A DNA stretch of 64,000 nucleotides, taken from contig OZ059900.1 in NCBI GenBank assembly GCA_964057225.1, positions 25,668,001 to 25,732,000 on the forward strand, given 5' to 3'. The stretch is from Auanema rhodensis. Taxonomy: Eukaryota > Animalia > Nematoda. Shown here one piece after another: positions 27,701-41,200 of the stretch. The stretch's first letter is position 1; each line of letters opens with the position of its first letter. Below the pieces are notes generated by a model. It did not search any database. It saw nothing but the letters and a program-made list of their open reading frames with translations, and was not told the DNA's origin. Made by a program: the position numbers and the translations under genes.

Positions 27701-30700
27701 TGTAAAATGCGTCATGTTAGTATGTAAAACGCTGAAATTCGTTGCATTTGACGACTCATATGAACAAAAATCGATTTTATCAATATTAGCCATAAGGGGC
27801 GTGCCCTCAGAATATGCTAATTTCCTTAATTTTCTAACCCCTGTTTTTTTGTTGTGAAAGTGGAACTAGACGTTGTACGAACAATTTTGAGCTAGGTTTC
27901 ATTGACATTGCATGAGTTTGAACACATGCAATCGTAAGTCAAAACCTTGTTTACAGCGAAATTTCCAAAAACTGGTTTTCCAGCATAATAAAATATTTCT
28001 CATGGGAAAAACTGTGTTTTTGTATTTTTCTAGTGTTCAGCATGTAAAATGCTTTATTTTAATATGTAACACGCTGAAATTCGTTGCATTTGACGACTCA
28101 TATGAACAAAAATCGATTTAATCAATATTAGCCATAAGGGGCGTGCCCTCAGAATATGCTAATTTCCTTAATTTTCTAACCCCTGTTTTTTTGTCGTGAA
28201 AGTGGAACTAGACGTTGTACAAACAATTTTGAGCTAGGTTTCATTGACATTGCATGAGTTTGAACACATGAAATCGTAAGTCAAAACCTTGTTTACAGCG
28301 AAATTTCCAAAAACTGGTTTTCCAGCATAATAAAATATTTCTCATGGGAAATACTGTGTTTTTATATTTTTCTAGTGTTCAGCATGTAAAATGCTTCATT
28401 TTAGTATGTAACACGCTGAAATTCGTTGCATTTGACGACTCATATGAACAAAAATTGATTTAATCAATATTAGCCATAAGGGGCGTGCCCTCAGAATATG
28501 CTAATTTCCTTAATTTTCTAACCCCTGTTTTTTTGTCGTGAAAGTGGAACTAGACGTTGTACGAACAATTTTGAGCTAGGTTTCATTGACATTGCATGAG
28601 TTTGAACACATGCAATCGTAAGTCAAAACCTTGTTTACAGCGAAATTTCCAAAAACTGGTTTTCCAGCATAATAAAATATTTCTCATGGGAAAAACTGTG
28701 TTTTTGTATTTTTCTAGTGTTCAGCATGTAAAATGCTTTATTTTAATATGTAACACGCTGAAATTCGTTGCATTTGACGACTCATATGAACAAAAATCGA
28801 TTTAATCAATATTAGCCATAAGGGGCGTGCCCTCAGAATATGCTAATTTCCTTAATTTTCTAACCCCTGTTTTTTTGTCGTGAAAGTGGAACTAGACGTT
28901 GTACGAACAATTTTGAGCTAAGTTTCATTGACATTGCATGAGTTTGAACACATGAAATCGTAAGTCAAAACCTTGTTTACAGCGAAATTTCCAAAAACTG
29001 GTTTTCCAGCATAATAAAATATTTCTCATGAGAAATACTGTGTTTTTGTATTTTTTTAATGTTCAGCATGTAAAATGCTTCATTTTGATATGTAAAACGC
29101 TGAAATTCGTTGCATTTGACGACTCATATGAACAAAAATCGATTTTATCAATATTAGCCATAAGGGGCGTGCCCTCAGAATATGCTAATTTCCTTAATTT
29201 TCTAACCCCTATTTTTTTGTCGTGAAAGTGGAACTAGACGTTGTACGAACAATTTTGAGCTAGGTTTCATTGACATTGCATGAGTTTGAACACATGAAAT
29301 CGTAAGTCAAAACCTTGTTTACAGCGAAATTTCCAAAAACTGGTTTTCCAGCATAATACAATATTTCTCATGGGAAATACTGTGTTTTTATATTTTTCTA
29401 GTGTTCAGCATGTAAAATGCTTCATTTTAGTATGTAACACGCTGAAATTCGTTGCATTTGACGACTCATATGAACAAAAATCGATTTTATCAATATTAGC
29501 CATAAGGGGCGTGCCCTCAGAATATGCTAATTTCCTTAATTTTCTAACTCCTGTTTTTTTGTCGTGAAAGTGGAACTAGACGTTGTACGAACAGTTTTGA
29601 GCTAGGTTTCATTGACATTGCATGAGTTTGAACACATGAAATCGTAAGTCAAAACCTTGTTTACAGCGAAATTTCCAAAAACTGGTTTTCCAGCATAATA
29701 AAATATTTCTCATGGGAAATACTGTGTTTTTGTATTTTTTTAGTGTTCAGCATGTAAAGTGCTTCATTTTAGTATGTAACACGCTGAAATTCGTTGCATT
29801 TGACGACTCATATGAACAAAAATCGATTTAATCAATATTAGCCATAAGGGGCGTGCCCTCAGAATATGCTAATTTCCTTAATTTTCTAACCTCTGTTTTT
29901 TTGTTGTGAAAGTGGAACTAGACGTTGTACGAACAATTTTGAGCTAGGTTTCATTGACATTGCATGAGTTTGAACACATGCAATCGTAAGTCAAAACCTT
30001 GTTTACAGCGAAATTTCCAAAAACTGGTTTTCCAGCATAATAAAATATTTCTCATGGGAAAAACTGTGTTTTTGTATTTTTCTAGTGTTCAGCATGTAAA
30101 ATGCTTTATTTTAATATGTAACACGCTGAAATTCGTTGCATTTGACGACTCATATGAACAAAAATCGATTTAATCAATATTAGCCATAAGGGGCGTGCCC
30201 TCAGAATATGCTAATTTCCTTAATTTTCTAACCCCTGTTTTTTTGTCGTGAAAGTGGAACTAGACGTTGTACAAACAATTTTGAGCTAGGTTTCATTGAC
30301 ATTGCATGAGTTTGAACACATGAAATCGTAAGTCAAAACCTTGTTTACAGCGAAATTTCCAAAAACTGGTTTTCCAGCATAATAAAATATTTCTCATGGG
30401 AAATACTGTGTTTTTATATTTTTCTAGTGTTCAGCATGTAAAATGCTTCATTTTAGTATGTAAAACGCTGAAATTCGTTGCATTTGACGACTCATATGAA
30501 CAAAAATTGATTTAATCAATATTAGCCATAAGGGGCGTGCCCTCAGAATATGCTAATTTCCTTAATTTTCTAACCCCTGTTTTTTTGTCGTGAAAGTGGA
30601 ACTAGACGTTGTACGAACAATTTTGAGCTAGGTTTCATTGACATTGCATGAGTTTGAACACATGCAATCGTAAGTCAAAACCTTGTTTACAGCGAAATTT

Positions 30701-31930
30701 CCAAAAACTGGTTTTCCAGCATAATAAAATATTTCTCATGGGAAAAACTGTGTTTTTGTATTTTTCTAGTGTTCAGCATGTAAAATGCTTTATTTTAATA
30801 TGTAACACGCTGAAATTCGTTGCATTTGACGACTCATATGAACAAAAATCGATTTAATCAATATTAGCCATAAGGGGCGTGCCCTCAGAATATGCTAATT
30901 TCCTTAATTTTCTAACCCCTGTTTTTTTGTCGTGAAAGTGGAACTAGACGTTGTACGAACAATTTTGAGCTAGGTTTCATTGACATTGCATGAGTTTGAA
31001 CACATGAAATCGTAAGTCAAAACCTTGTTTACAGCGAAATTTCCAAAAACTGGTTTTCCAGCATAATAAAATATTTCTCATGAGAAATACTGTGTTTTTG
31101 TATTTTTTTAATGTTCAGAATGTAAAATGCTTCATTTTGATATGTAAAACGCTGAAATTCGTTGCATTTGACGACTCATATGAACAAAAATCGATTTTAT
31201 CAATATTAGCCATAAGGGGCGTGCCCTCAGAATATGCTAATTTCCTTAATTTTCTAACCCCTGTTTTTTTGTCGTGAAAGTGGAACTAGACGTTGTACGA
31301 ACAATTTTGAGCTAGGTTTCATTGACATTGCATGAGTTTGAACACATGAAATCGTAAGTCAAAACCTTGTTTACAGCGAAATTTCCAAAAACTGGTTTTC
31401 CAGCATAATACAATATTTCTCATGGGAAATACTGTGTTTTTATATTTTTCTAGTGTTCAGCATGTAAAATGCTTCATTTTAGTATGTAACACGCTGAAAT
31501 TCGTTGCATTTGACGACTCATATGAACAAAAATCGATTTTATCAATATTAGCCATAAGGGGCGTGCCCTCAGAATATGCTAATTTCCTTAATTTTCTATC
31601 CCCTGTTTTTTTGTCGTGAAAGTGGAACTAGACGTTGTACGAACAGTTTTGAGCTAGGTTTCATTGACATTGCATGAGTTTGAACACATGAAATCGTAAG
31701 TCAAAACCTTGTTTACAGCGAAATTTCCAAAAACTGGTTTTCCAGCATAATAAAATATTTCTCATGGGAAATACTGTGTTTTTGTATTTTTTTAGTGTTC
31801 AGCATGTAAAATGCTTCATTATAGTATGTAACACGCTGAAATTCGTTGCATTTGACGACTCATATGAACAAAAATCGATTTAATCAATATTAGCCATAAG
31901 GGGCGTGCCCTCAGAATATGCTAATTTCCT
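24790..31930. repeat. Overlapping 6-mer duplications (2052-bp offset)
   Basis: Matching monomer types at +2052: ORFs 25176/27228, 25620/27672, 25860/27912, then 27912/29964, 28596/30648, 29028/31080, 29370/31422. Confidence 0.8.
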
Positions 31931-33619
31931 TAATTTTCTAACCCCTGTTTTTTTGTCGTGAAAGTGGAACTAGACGTTGTACGAACAATTTTGAGCTAGG
32001 TTTCATTGACATTGCATGAGTTTGAACACATGAAATCGTAAGTCAAAACCTTGTTTACAGCGAAATTTCCAAAAACTGGTTTTCCAGCATAATAAAATAT
32101 TTCTCATGGGAAATACTGTGTTTTTGTATTTTTTTAGTGTTCAGCATGTAAAATGCGTCATTTTAGTATGTAAAACGCTGAAATTCGTTGCATTTGACGA
32201 CTCATATGAACAAAAATCGATTTTATCAATATTAGCCATAAGGGGCGTGCCCTCAGAATATGCTAATTTCCTTAATTTTCTAACCCCTGTTTTTTTGTCG
32301 TGAAAGTGGAACTAGACGTTGTACGAACAATTTTGAGCTAGGTTTCATTGACATTGCATGAGTTTGAACACATGAAATCGTAAGTCAAAACCTTGTTTAC
32401 AGCAAAATTTCCAAAAACTGGTTTTCCAGCATAATAAAATATTTCTCATGGGAAATACAGTGTTTTTGTATTTTTTTAGTGTTCAGCATGTAAAATGCTT
32501 TATTTTAATATGTAACACGCTGAAATTCGTTGCATTTGACGACTCATATGAACAAAAATCGATTTAATCAATATTAGCTATAAGGGGCGTGCCCTCAGAA
32601 TATGCTAATTTCCTTAATTTTCTAACCCCTGTTTTTTTGTCGTGAAAGTGGAACTAGACGTTGTACGAACAATTTTGAGCTAAGTTTCATTGACATTGCA
32701 TGAGTTTGAACACATGAAATCGTAAGTCAAAACCTTGTTTACATCGAAATTTCCAAAAACTGGTTTTCCAGCATAATAAAATATTTCTCATGAGAAATAC
32801 TGTGTTTTTGTATTTTTTTAATGTTCAGCATGTAAAATGCTTCATTTTGATATGTAAAACGCTGAAATTCGTTGCATTTGACGACTCATATGAACAAAAA
32901 TCGATTTTATCAATATTAGCCATAAGGGGCGTGCCCTCAGAATATGCTAATTTCCTTAATTTTCTAACCCCTGTTTTTTTGTCGTGAAAGTGGAACTAGA
33001 CGTTGTACGAACAATTTTGAGCTAGGTTTCATTGACATTGCATGAGTTTGAACACATGAAATCGTAAGTCAAAACCTTGTTTACAGCGAAATTTCCAAAA
33101 ACTGGTTTTCCAGCATAATACAATATTTCTCATGGGAAATACTGTGTTTTTATATTTTTCTAGTGTTCAGCATGTAAAATGCTTCATTTTAGTATGTAAC
33201 ACGCTGAAATTCGTTGCATTTGACGACTCATATGAACAGAAATTGATTTAATCAATATTAGCCATAAGGGGCGTGCCCTCAGAATATGCTAATTTCCTTA
33301 ATTTTCTAACCCCTGTTTTTTTGTCGTGAAAGTGGAACTAGACGTTGTACGAACAATTTTGAGCTAGGTTTCATTGACATTGCATGAGTTTGAACACATG
33401 CAATCGTAAGTCAAAACCTTGTTTACAGCGAAATTTCCAAAAACTGGTTTTCCAGCATAATAAAATATTTCTCATGGGAAAAACTGTGTTTTTGTATTTT
33501 TCTAGTGTTCAGCATGTAAAATGCTTTATTTTAATATGTAACACGCTGAAATTCGTTGCATTTGACGACTCATATGAACAAAAATCGATTTAATCAATAT
33601 TAGCCATAAGGGGCGTGCC

Positions 33620-36600
33620 CTCAGAATATGCTAATTTCCTTAATTTTCTAACCCCTGTTTTTTTGTCGTGAAAGTGGAACTAGACGTTGTACGAACAGTT
33701 TTGAGCTAGGTTTCATTGACATTGCATGAGTTTGAACACATGAAATCGTAAGTCAAAACCTTGTTTACAGCGAAATTTCCAAAAACTGGTTTTCCAGCAT
33801 AATAAAATATTTCTCATGGGAAATACTGTGTTTTTGTATTTTTCTAGTGTTCAGCATGTAAAATGCTTTATTTTAATATGTAACACGCTGGAATTCGTTG
33901 CATTTGACGACTCATATGAACAAAAATCGATTTAATCAATATTAGCCATAAGGGGCGTGCCCTCAGAATATGCTAATTTCCTTAATTTTCTAACCCCTGT
34001 TTTTTTGTCGTGAAAGTGGAACTAGACGTTGTACGAACAATTTTGAGCTAAGTTTCATTGACATTGCATGAGTTTGAACACATGAAATCATAAGTCAAAA
34101 CCTTGTTTACATCGAAATTTCCAAAAACTGGTTTTCCAGCATAATAAAATATTTCTCATGAGAAATACTGTGTTTTTGTATTTTTTTAATGTTCAGCATG
34201 TAGAATGCTTCATTTTGATATGTAAAACGCTGAAATTCGTTGCATTTGACGACTCATATGAACAAAAATCGATTTTATCAATATTAGCCATAAGGGGCGT
34301 GCCCTCAGAATATGCTAATTTCCTTAATTTTCTAACCCCTGTTTTTTTGTCGTGAAAGTGGAACTAGACGTTGTACGAACAATTTTGAGCTAGGTTTCAT
34401 TGACATTGCATGAGTTTGAACACATGAAATCGTAAGTCAAAACCTTGTTTACAGCGAAATTTCCAAAAACTGGTTTTCCAGCATAATAAAATATTTCTCA
34501 TGGGAAATACAGTGTTTTTGTATTTTTTTAGTGTTCAGCATGTAAAATGCGTCATTTTAGTATGTAAAACGCTGAAATTCGTTGCATTTGACGACTCATA
34601 TGAACAAAAATCGATTTTATCAATATTAGCCATAAGGGGCGTGCCCTCAGAATATGCTAATTTCCTTAATTTTCTAACCCCTGTTTTTTGTCGTGAAAGT
34701 GGAACTAGACGTTGTACGAACAATTTTGAGCTAGGTTTCATTGACATTGCATGAGTTTGAACACATGAAATCGTAAGTCAAAACCTTGTTTACAGCGAAA
34801 TTTCCAAAAACTGGTTTTCCAGCATAATACAATATTTCTCATGGGAAATACTGTGTTTTTGTATTTTTCTAGTGTTCAGAATGTAGAATGCTTCATTTTA
34901 GTATGTAACACGCTGAAATTCGTTGCATTTGACGACTCATATGAACAAAAATCGATTTAATCAATATTAGCCATAAGGAGCGTGCCCTCAGAATATGCTA
35001 ATTTCCTTAATTTTCTAACCCCTGTTTTTTTGTCGTGAAAGTGGAACTAGACGTTGTACGAACAATTTTGAGCTAGGTTTCATTGACATTACATGAGTTT
35101 GAACACATGAAATCGTAAGTCAAAACCTTGTTTACAGCGAAATTTCCAAAAACTGGTTTTCCAGCATAATAAAATATTTCTCATGGGAAATACTGTGTTT
35201 TTGTATTTTTTTAGTGTTCAGCATGTAAAATGCGTCATTTTAGTATGTAAAACGCTGAAATTCGTTGCATTTGACGACTCATATGAACAAAAAGCGATTT
35301 AATCAATATTATCCATAAGGGGCGTGCCCTCAGAATATGCTAATTTCCTTAATTTTCTAACCCCTGTTTTTTTGTCGTGAAAGTGGAACTAGACGTTGTA
35401 CGAACAATTTTGAGCTAGGTTTCATTGACATTGCATGAGTTTGAACACATGCAATCGTAAGTCAAAACCTTGTTTACAGCGAAATTTCCAAAAACTGGTT
35501 TTCCAGCATAATAAATTATTTCTCATGGGAAATACTGTGTTTTTGTATTTTTCTAGTGTTCAGCATGTAGAATGCTTCATTTTAGTATGTAACACGCTGA
35601 AATTCGTTGCATTTGACGACTCATATGAACAAAAATCGATTTAATCAATATTAGCCATAAGGGGCGTGCCCTCAGAATATGCTAATTTCCTTAATTTTCT
35701 AACCCCTGTTTTTTTGTCGTGAAAGTGGAACTAGACGTTGTACGAACAATTTTGAGCTAGGTTTCATTGACATTGCATGAGTTTGAACACATGAAATCGT
35801 AAGTCAAAACCTTGTTTACAGCGAAATTTCCAAAAACTGGTTTTCCAGCATAATAAAATATTTCTCATGGGAAATACTGTGTTTTTGTATTTTTCTAGTG
35901 TTCAGAATGTAGAATGCTTCATTTTAGTATGTAACACGCTGAAATTCGTTGCATTTGACGACTCATATGAACAAAAATCGATTTAATCAATATTAGCCAT
36001 AAGGAGCGTGCCCTCAGAATATGCTAATTTCCTTAATTTTCTAACCCCTGTTTTTTTGTCGTGAAAGTGGAACTAGACGTTGTACGAACAGTTTTGAGCT
36101 AGGTTTCATTGACATTGCATGAGTTTGAACACATGAAATCGTAAGTCAAAACCTTGTTTACAGCGAAATTTCCAAAAACTGGTTTTCCAGCATAATAAAA
36201 TATTTCTCATGGGAAATACTGTGTTTTTGTATTTTTCTAGTGTTCAGCATGTAAAATGCTTTATTTTAATATGTAACACGCTGGAATTCGTTGCATTTGA
36301 CGACTCATATGAACAAAAATCGATTTAATCAATATTAGCCATAAGGGGCGTGCCCTCAGAATATGCTAATTTCCTTAATTTTCTAACCCCTGTTTTTTTG
36401 TCGTGAAAGTGGAACTAGACGTTGTACGAACAATTTTGAGCTAAGTTTCATTGACATTGCATGAGTTTGAACACATGAAATCGTAAGTCAAAACCTTGTT
36501 TACATCGAAATTTCCAAAAACTGGTTTTCCAGCATAATAAAATATTTCTCATGAGAAATACTGTGTTTTTGTATTTTTTTAATGTTCAGCATGTAGAATG

Positions 36601-38285
36601 GTTCATTTTGATATGTAAAACGCTGAAATTCGTTGCATTTGACGACTCATATGAACAAAAATCGATTTTATCAATATTAGCCATAAGGGGCGTGCCCTCA
36701 GAATATGCTAATTTCCTTAATTTTCTAACCCCTGTTTTTTTGTCGTGAAAGTGGAACTAGACGTTGTACGAACAATTTTGAGCTAGGTTTCATTGACATT
36801 GCATGAGTTTGAACACATGAAATCGTAAGTCAAAACCTTGTTTACAGCGAAATTTCCAAAAACTGGTTTTCCAGCATAATAAAATATTTCTCATGGGAAA
36901 TACAGTGTTTTTGTATTTTTTTAGTGTTCAGCATGTAGAATGCTTCATTTTAGTATGTAACACGCTGAAATTCGTTGCATTTGACGACTCATATGAACAA
37001 AAATCGATTTAATCAATATTAGCCATAAGGGGCGTGCCCTCAGAATATGCTAATTTCCTTAATTTTCTAACCCCTGTTTTTTGTCGTGAAAGTGGAACTA
37101 GACGTTGTACGAACAATTTTGAGCTAGGTTTCATTGACATTGCATGAGTTTGAACACATGAAATCGTAAGTCAAAACCTTGTTTACAGCGAAATTTCCAA
37201 AAACTGGTTTTCCAGCATAATACAATATTTCTCATGGGAAATACTGTGTTTTTGTATTTTTCTAGTGTTCAGAATGTAGAATGCTTCATTTTAGTATGTA
37301 ACACGCTGAAATTCGTTGCATTTGACGACTCATATGAACAAAAATCGATTTAATCAATATTAGCCATAAGGAGCGTGCCCTCAGAATATGCTAATTTCCT
37401 TAATTTTCTAACCCCTGTTTTTTTGTCGTGAAAGTGGAACTAGACGTTGTACGAACAATTTTGAGCTAGGTTTCATTGACATTGCATGAGTTTGAACACA
37501 TGAAATCGTAAGTCAAAACCTTGTTTACAGCGAAATTTCCAAAAACTGGTTTTCCAGCATAATAAAATATTTCTCATGGGAAATACTGTGTTTTTGTATT
37601 TTTTTAGTGTTCAGCATGTAAAATGCGTCATTTTAGTATGTAAAACGCTGAAATTCGTTGCATTTGACGACTCATATGAACAAAAAGCGATTTAATCAAT
37701 ATTATCCATAAGGGGCGTGCCCTCAGAATATGCTAATTTCCTTAATTTTCTAACCCCTGTTTTTTTGTCGTGAAAGTGGAACTAGACGTTGTACGAACAA
37801 TTTTGAGCTAGGTTTCATTGACATTGCATGAGTTTGAACACATGCAATCGTAAGTCAAAACCTTGTTTACAGCGAAATTTCCAAAAACTGGTTTTCCAGC
37901 ATAATAAATTATTTCTCATGGGAAATACTGTGTTTTTGTATTTTTCTAGTGTTCAGCATGTAGAATGCTTCATTTTAGTATGTAACACGCTGAAATTCGT
38001 TGCATTTGACGACTCATATGAACAAAAATCGATTTAATCAATATTAGCCATAAGGGGCGTGCCCTCAGAATATGCTAATTTCCTTAATTTTCTAACCCCT
38101 GTTTTTTTGTCGTGAAAGTGGAACTAGACGTTGTACGAACAATTTTGAGCTAGGTTTCATTGACATTGCATGAGTTTGAACACATGAAATCGTAAGTCAA
38201 AACCTTGTTTACAGCGAAATTTCCAAAAACTGGTTTTCCAGCATAATAAAATATTTCTCATGGGAAATACTGTGTTTTTGTATTT
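33620..38285. repeat. 7-mer tandem duplication (2393-bp offset)
   Basis: ctggaattc (monomers 33816, 36209), atgaga+tagaatg (34158, 36551), the T6 deletion (34500, 36893), ggagcg (34841, 37234), aagcg+atccata (35183, 37576) and aaattatt (35525, 37918) all recur at +2393. Confidence 0.88.
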
Positions 38286-41200
38286 TTCTAGTGTTCAGCA
38301 TGTAAAATGCTTCATTTTAGTATGTAACACGCTGAAATTCGTTGCATTTGACGACTCATATGAACAAAAATCGATTTAATCAATATTAGCCATAAGGGGC
38401 GTGCCCTCAGAATATGCTAATTTCCTTAATTTTCTAACCCCTGTTTTTTTGTTGTGAAAGTGGAACTAGACGTTGTACGAACAATTTTGAGCTAGGTTTC
38501 ATTGACATTGCATGAGTTTGAACAAATGAAATCGTAAGTCAAAACCTTGTTTACATCGAAATTTCCAAAAACTGGTTTTCCAGCATAATAAAATATTTCT
38601 CATGGGAAATACTGTGTTTTTGTATTTTTTTAGTGTTCAGCATGTAAAATGCGTCATTTTAGTATGTAAAACGCTGAAATTCGTTGCATTTGACGACTCA
38701 TATGAACAAAAATCGATTTTATCAATATTAGCCATAAGGGGCGTGCCCTCAGAATATGCTAATTTCCTTAATTTTCTAACCCCTGTTTTTTTGTCGTGAA
38801 AGTGGAACTAGACGTTGTACAAACAATTTTGAGCTAGGTTTCATTGACATTGCATGAGTTTGAACACATGAAATCGTAAGTCAAAACCTTGTTTACAGCG
38901 AAATTTCCAAAAACTGGTTTTCCAGCATAATACAATATTTCTCATGGGAAATACTGTGTTTTTATATTTTTCTAGTGTTCAGCATGTAAAATGCTTCATT
39001 TTAGTATGTAACACGCTGAAATTCGTTGCATTTGACGACTCATATGAACAAAAATTGATTTAATCAATATTAGCCATAAGGGGCGTGCCCTCAGAATATG
39101 CTAATTTCCTTAATTTTCTAACCCCTGTTTTTTTGTCGTGAAAGTGGAACTAGACGTTGTACGAACAATTTTGAGCTAGTTTTCATTGACATTGCATGAG
39201 TTTGAACACATGCAATCGTAAGTCAAAACCTTGTTTACAGCGAAATTTCCAAAAACTGGTTTTCCAGCATAATAAAATATTTCTCATGGGAAAAACTGTG
39301 TTTTTGTATTTTTTTAATGTTCAGCATGTAGAATGCTTCATTTTGATATGTAAAACGCTGAAATTCGTTGCATTTGACGACTCATATGAACAAAAATCGA
39401 TTTTATCAATATTAGCCATAAGGGGCGTGCCCTCAGAATATGCTAATTTCCTTAATTTTCTAACCCCTGTTTTTTTGTCGTGAAAGTGGAACTAGACGTT
39501 GTACGAACAATTTTGAGCTAGGTTTCATTGACATTGCACGAGTTTGAACACATGAAATCGTAAGTCAAAACCTTGTTTACAGCGAAATTTCCAAAAACTG
39601 GTTTTCCAGCATAATAAAATATTTCTCATGGGAAATACAGTGTTTTTGTATTTTTTTAGTGTTCAGCATGTAAAATGCTTTATTTTAATATGTAACACGC
39701 TGAAATTCGTTGCATTTGACGACTCATATGAACAAAAATCGATTTAATCAATATTAGCCATAAGGGGCGTGCCCTCAGAATATGCTAATTTCCTTAATTT
39801 TCTAACCCCTGTTTTTTTGTCGTGAAAGTGGAACTAGACGTTGTACGAACAATTTTGAGCTAAGTTTCATTGACATTGCATGAGTTTGAACACATGAAAT
39901 CGTAAGTCAAAACCTTGTTTACATCGAAATTTCCAAAAACTGGTTTTCCAGCATAATAAAATATTTCTCATGAGAAATACTGTGTTTTTGTATTTTTTTA
40001 ATGTTCAGCATGTAAAATGCTTCATTTTGATATGTGAAACGCTGAAATTCGTTGCATTTGACGACTCATATGAACAAAAATCGATTTTATCAATATTAGC
40101 CATAAGGGGCGTGCCCTCAGAATATGCTAATTTCCTTAATTTTCTAACCCCTGTTTTTTTGTCGTGAAAGTGGAACTAGACGTTGTACGAACAATTTTGA
40201 GCTAGGTTTCATTGACATTGCATGAGTTTGAAAAAATGAAATCGTAAGTCAAAACCTTGTTTACAGCGAAATTTCCAAAAACTGGTTTTCCAGCATAATA
40301 AAATATTTCTCAAGGGAAAAACTGTGTTTTTATATTTTTCTAGTGTTCAGCATGTAAAATGCTTCATTTTAGTATGTAACACGCTGAAATTCCTTGCATT
40401 TGACGACTCATATGAACAAAAATCGATTTAATCAATATTAACCATAAGGGGCGTGCCCTCAGAATATGCTAATTTCCTTAATTTTCTAACCCCTGTTTTT
40501 TTGTCGTGAAAGTGGAACTAGACGTTGTACGAACAATTTTGAGCTAGGTTTCATTGACATTGCATGAGTTTGAACACATGAAATCGTAAGTCAAAACCTT
40601 GTTTACAGCGAAATTTCCAAAAACTGGTTTTCCAGCATAATACAATATTTCTCATGGGAAATACTGTGTTTTTATATTTTTCTAGTGTTCAGCATGTAAA
40701 ATGCTTCATTTTAGTATGTAACACGCTGAAATTCGTTGCATTTGACGACTCATATGAACAAAAATCGATTTTATCAATATTAGCCATAAGGGGCGTGCCC
40801 TCAGAATATGCTAATTTCCTTAATTTTCTAACCCCTGTTTTTTTGTCGTGAAAGTGGAACTAGACGTTGTACGAACAATTTTGAGCTAGGTTTCATTGAC
40901 ATTGCATGAGTTTGAACACATGAAATCGTAAGTCAAAACCTTGTTTACAGCGAAATTTCCAAAAACTGGTTTTCCAGCATAATAAAATATTTCTCATGGG
41001 AAATACTGTGTTTTTGTATTTTTCTAGTGTTCAGAATGTAGAATGCTTCATTTTAGTATGTAACACGCTGAAATTCGTTGCATTTGACGACTCATATGAA
41101 CAAAAATCGATTTAATCAATATTAGCCATAAGGAGCGTGCCCTCAGAATATGCTAATTTCCTTAATTTTCTAACCCCTGTTTTTTTGTCGTGAAAGTGGA

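Noticed and set aside
16066-34747. Minus-strand 70-aa ORFs (16066, 21537, 34535)
   Set aside because: They exist only where the 1-bp T deletion joins frames, so they are artefacts of the repeat.
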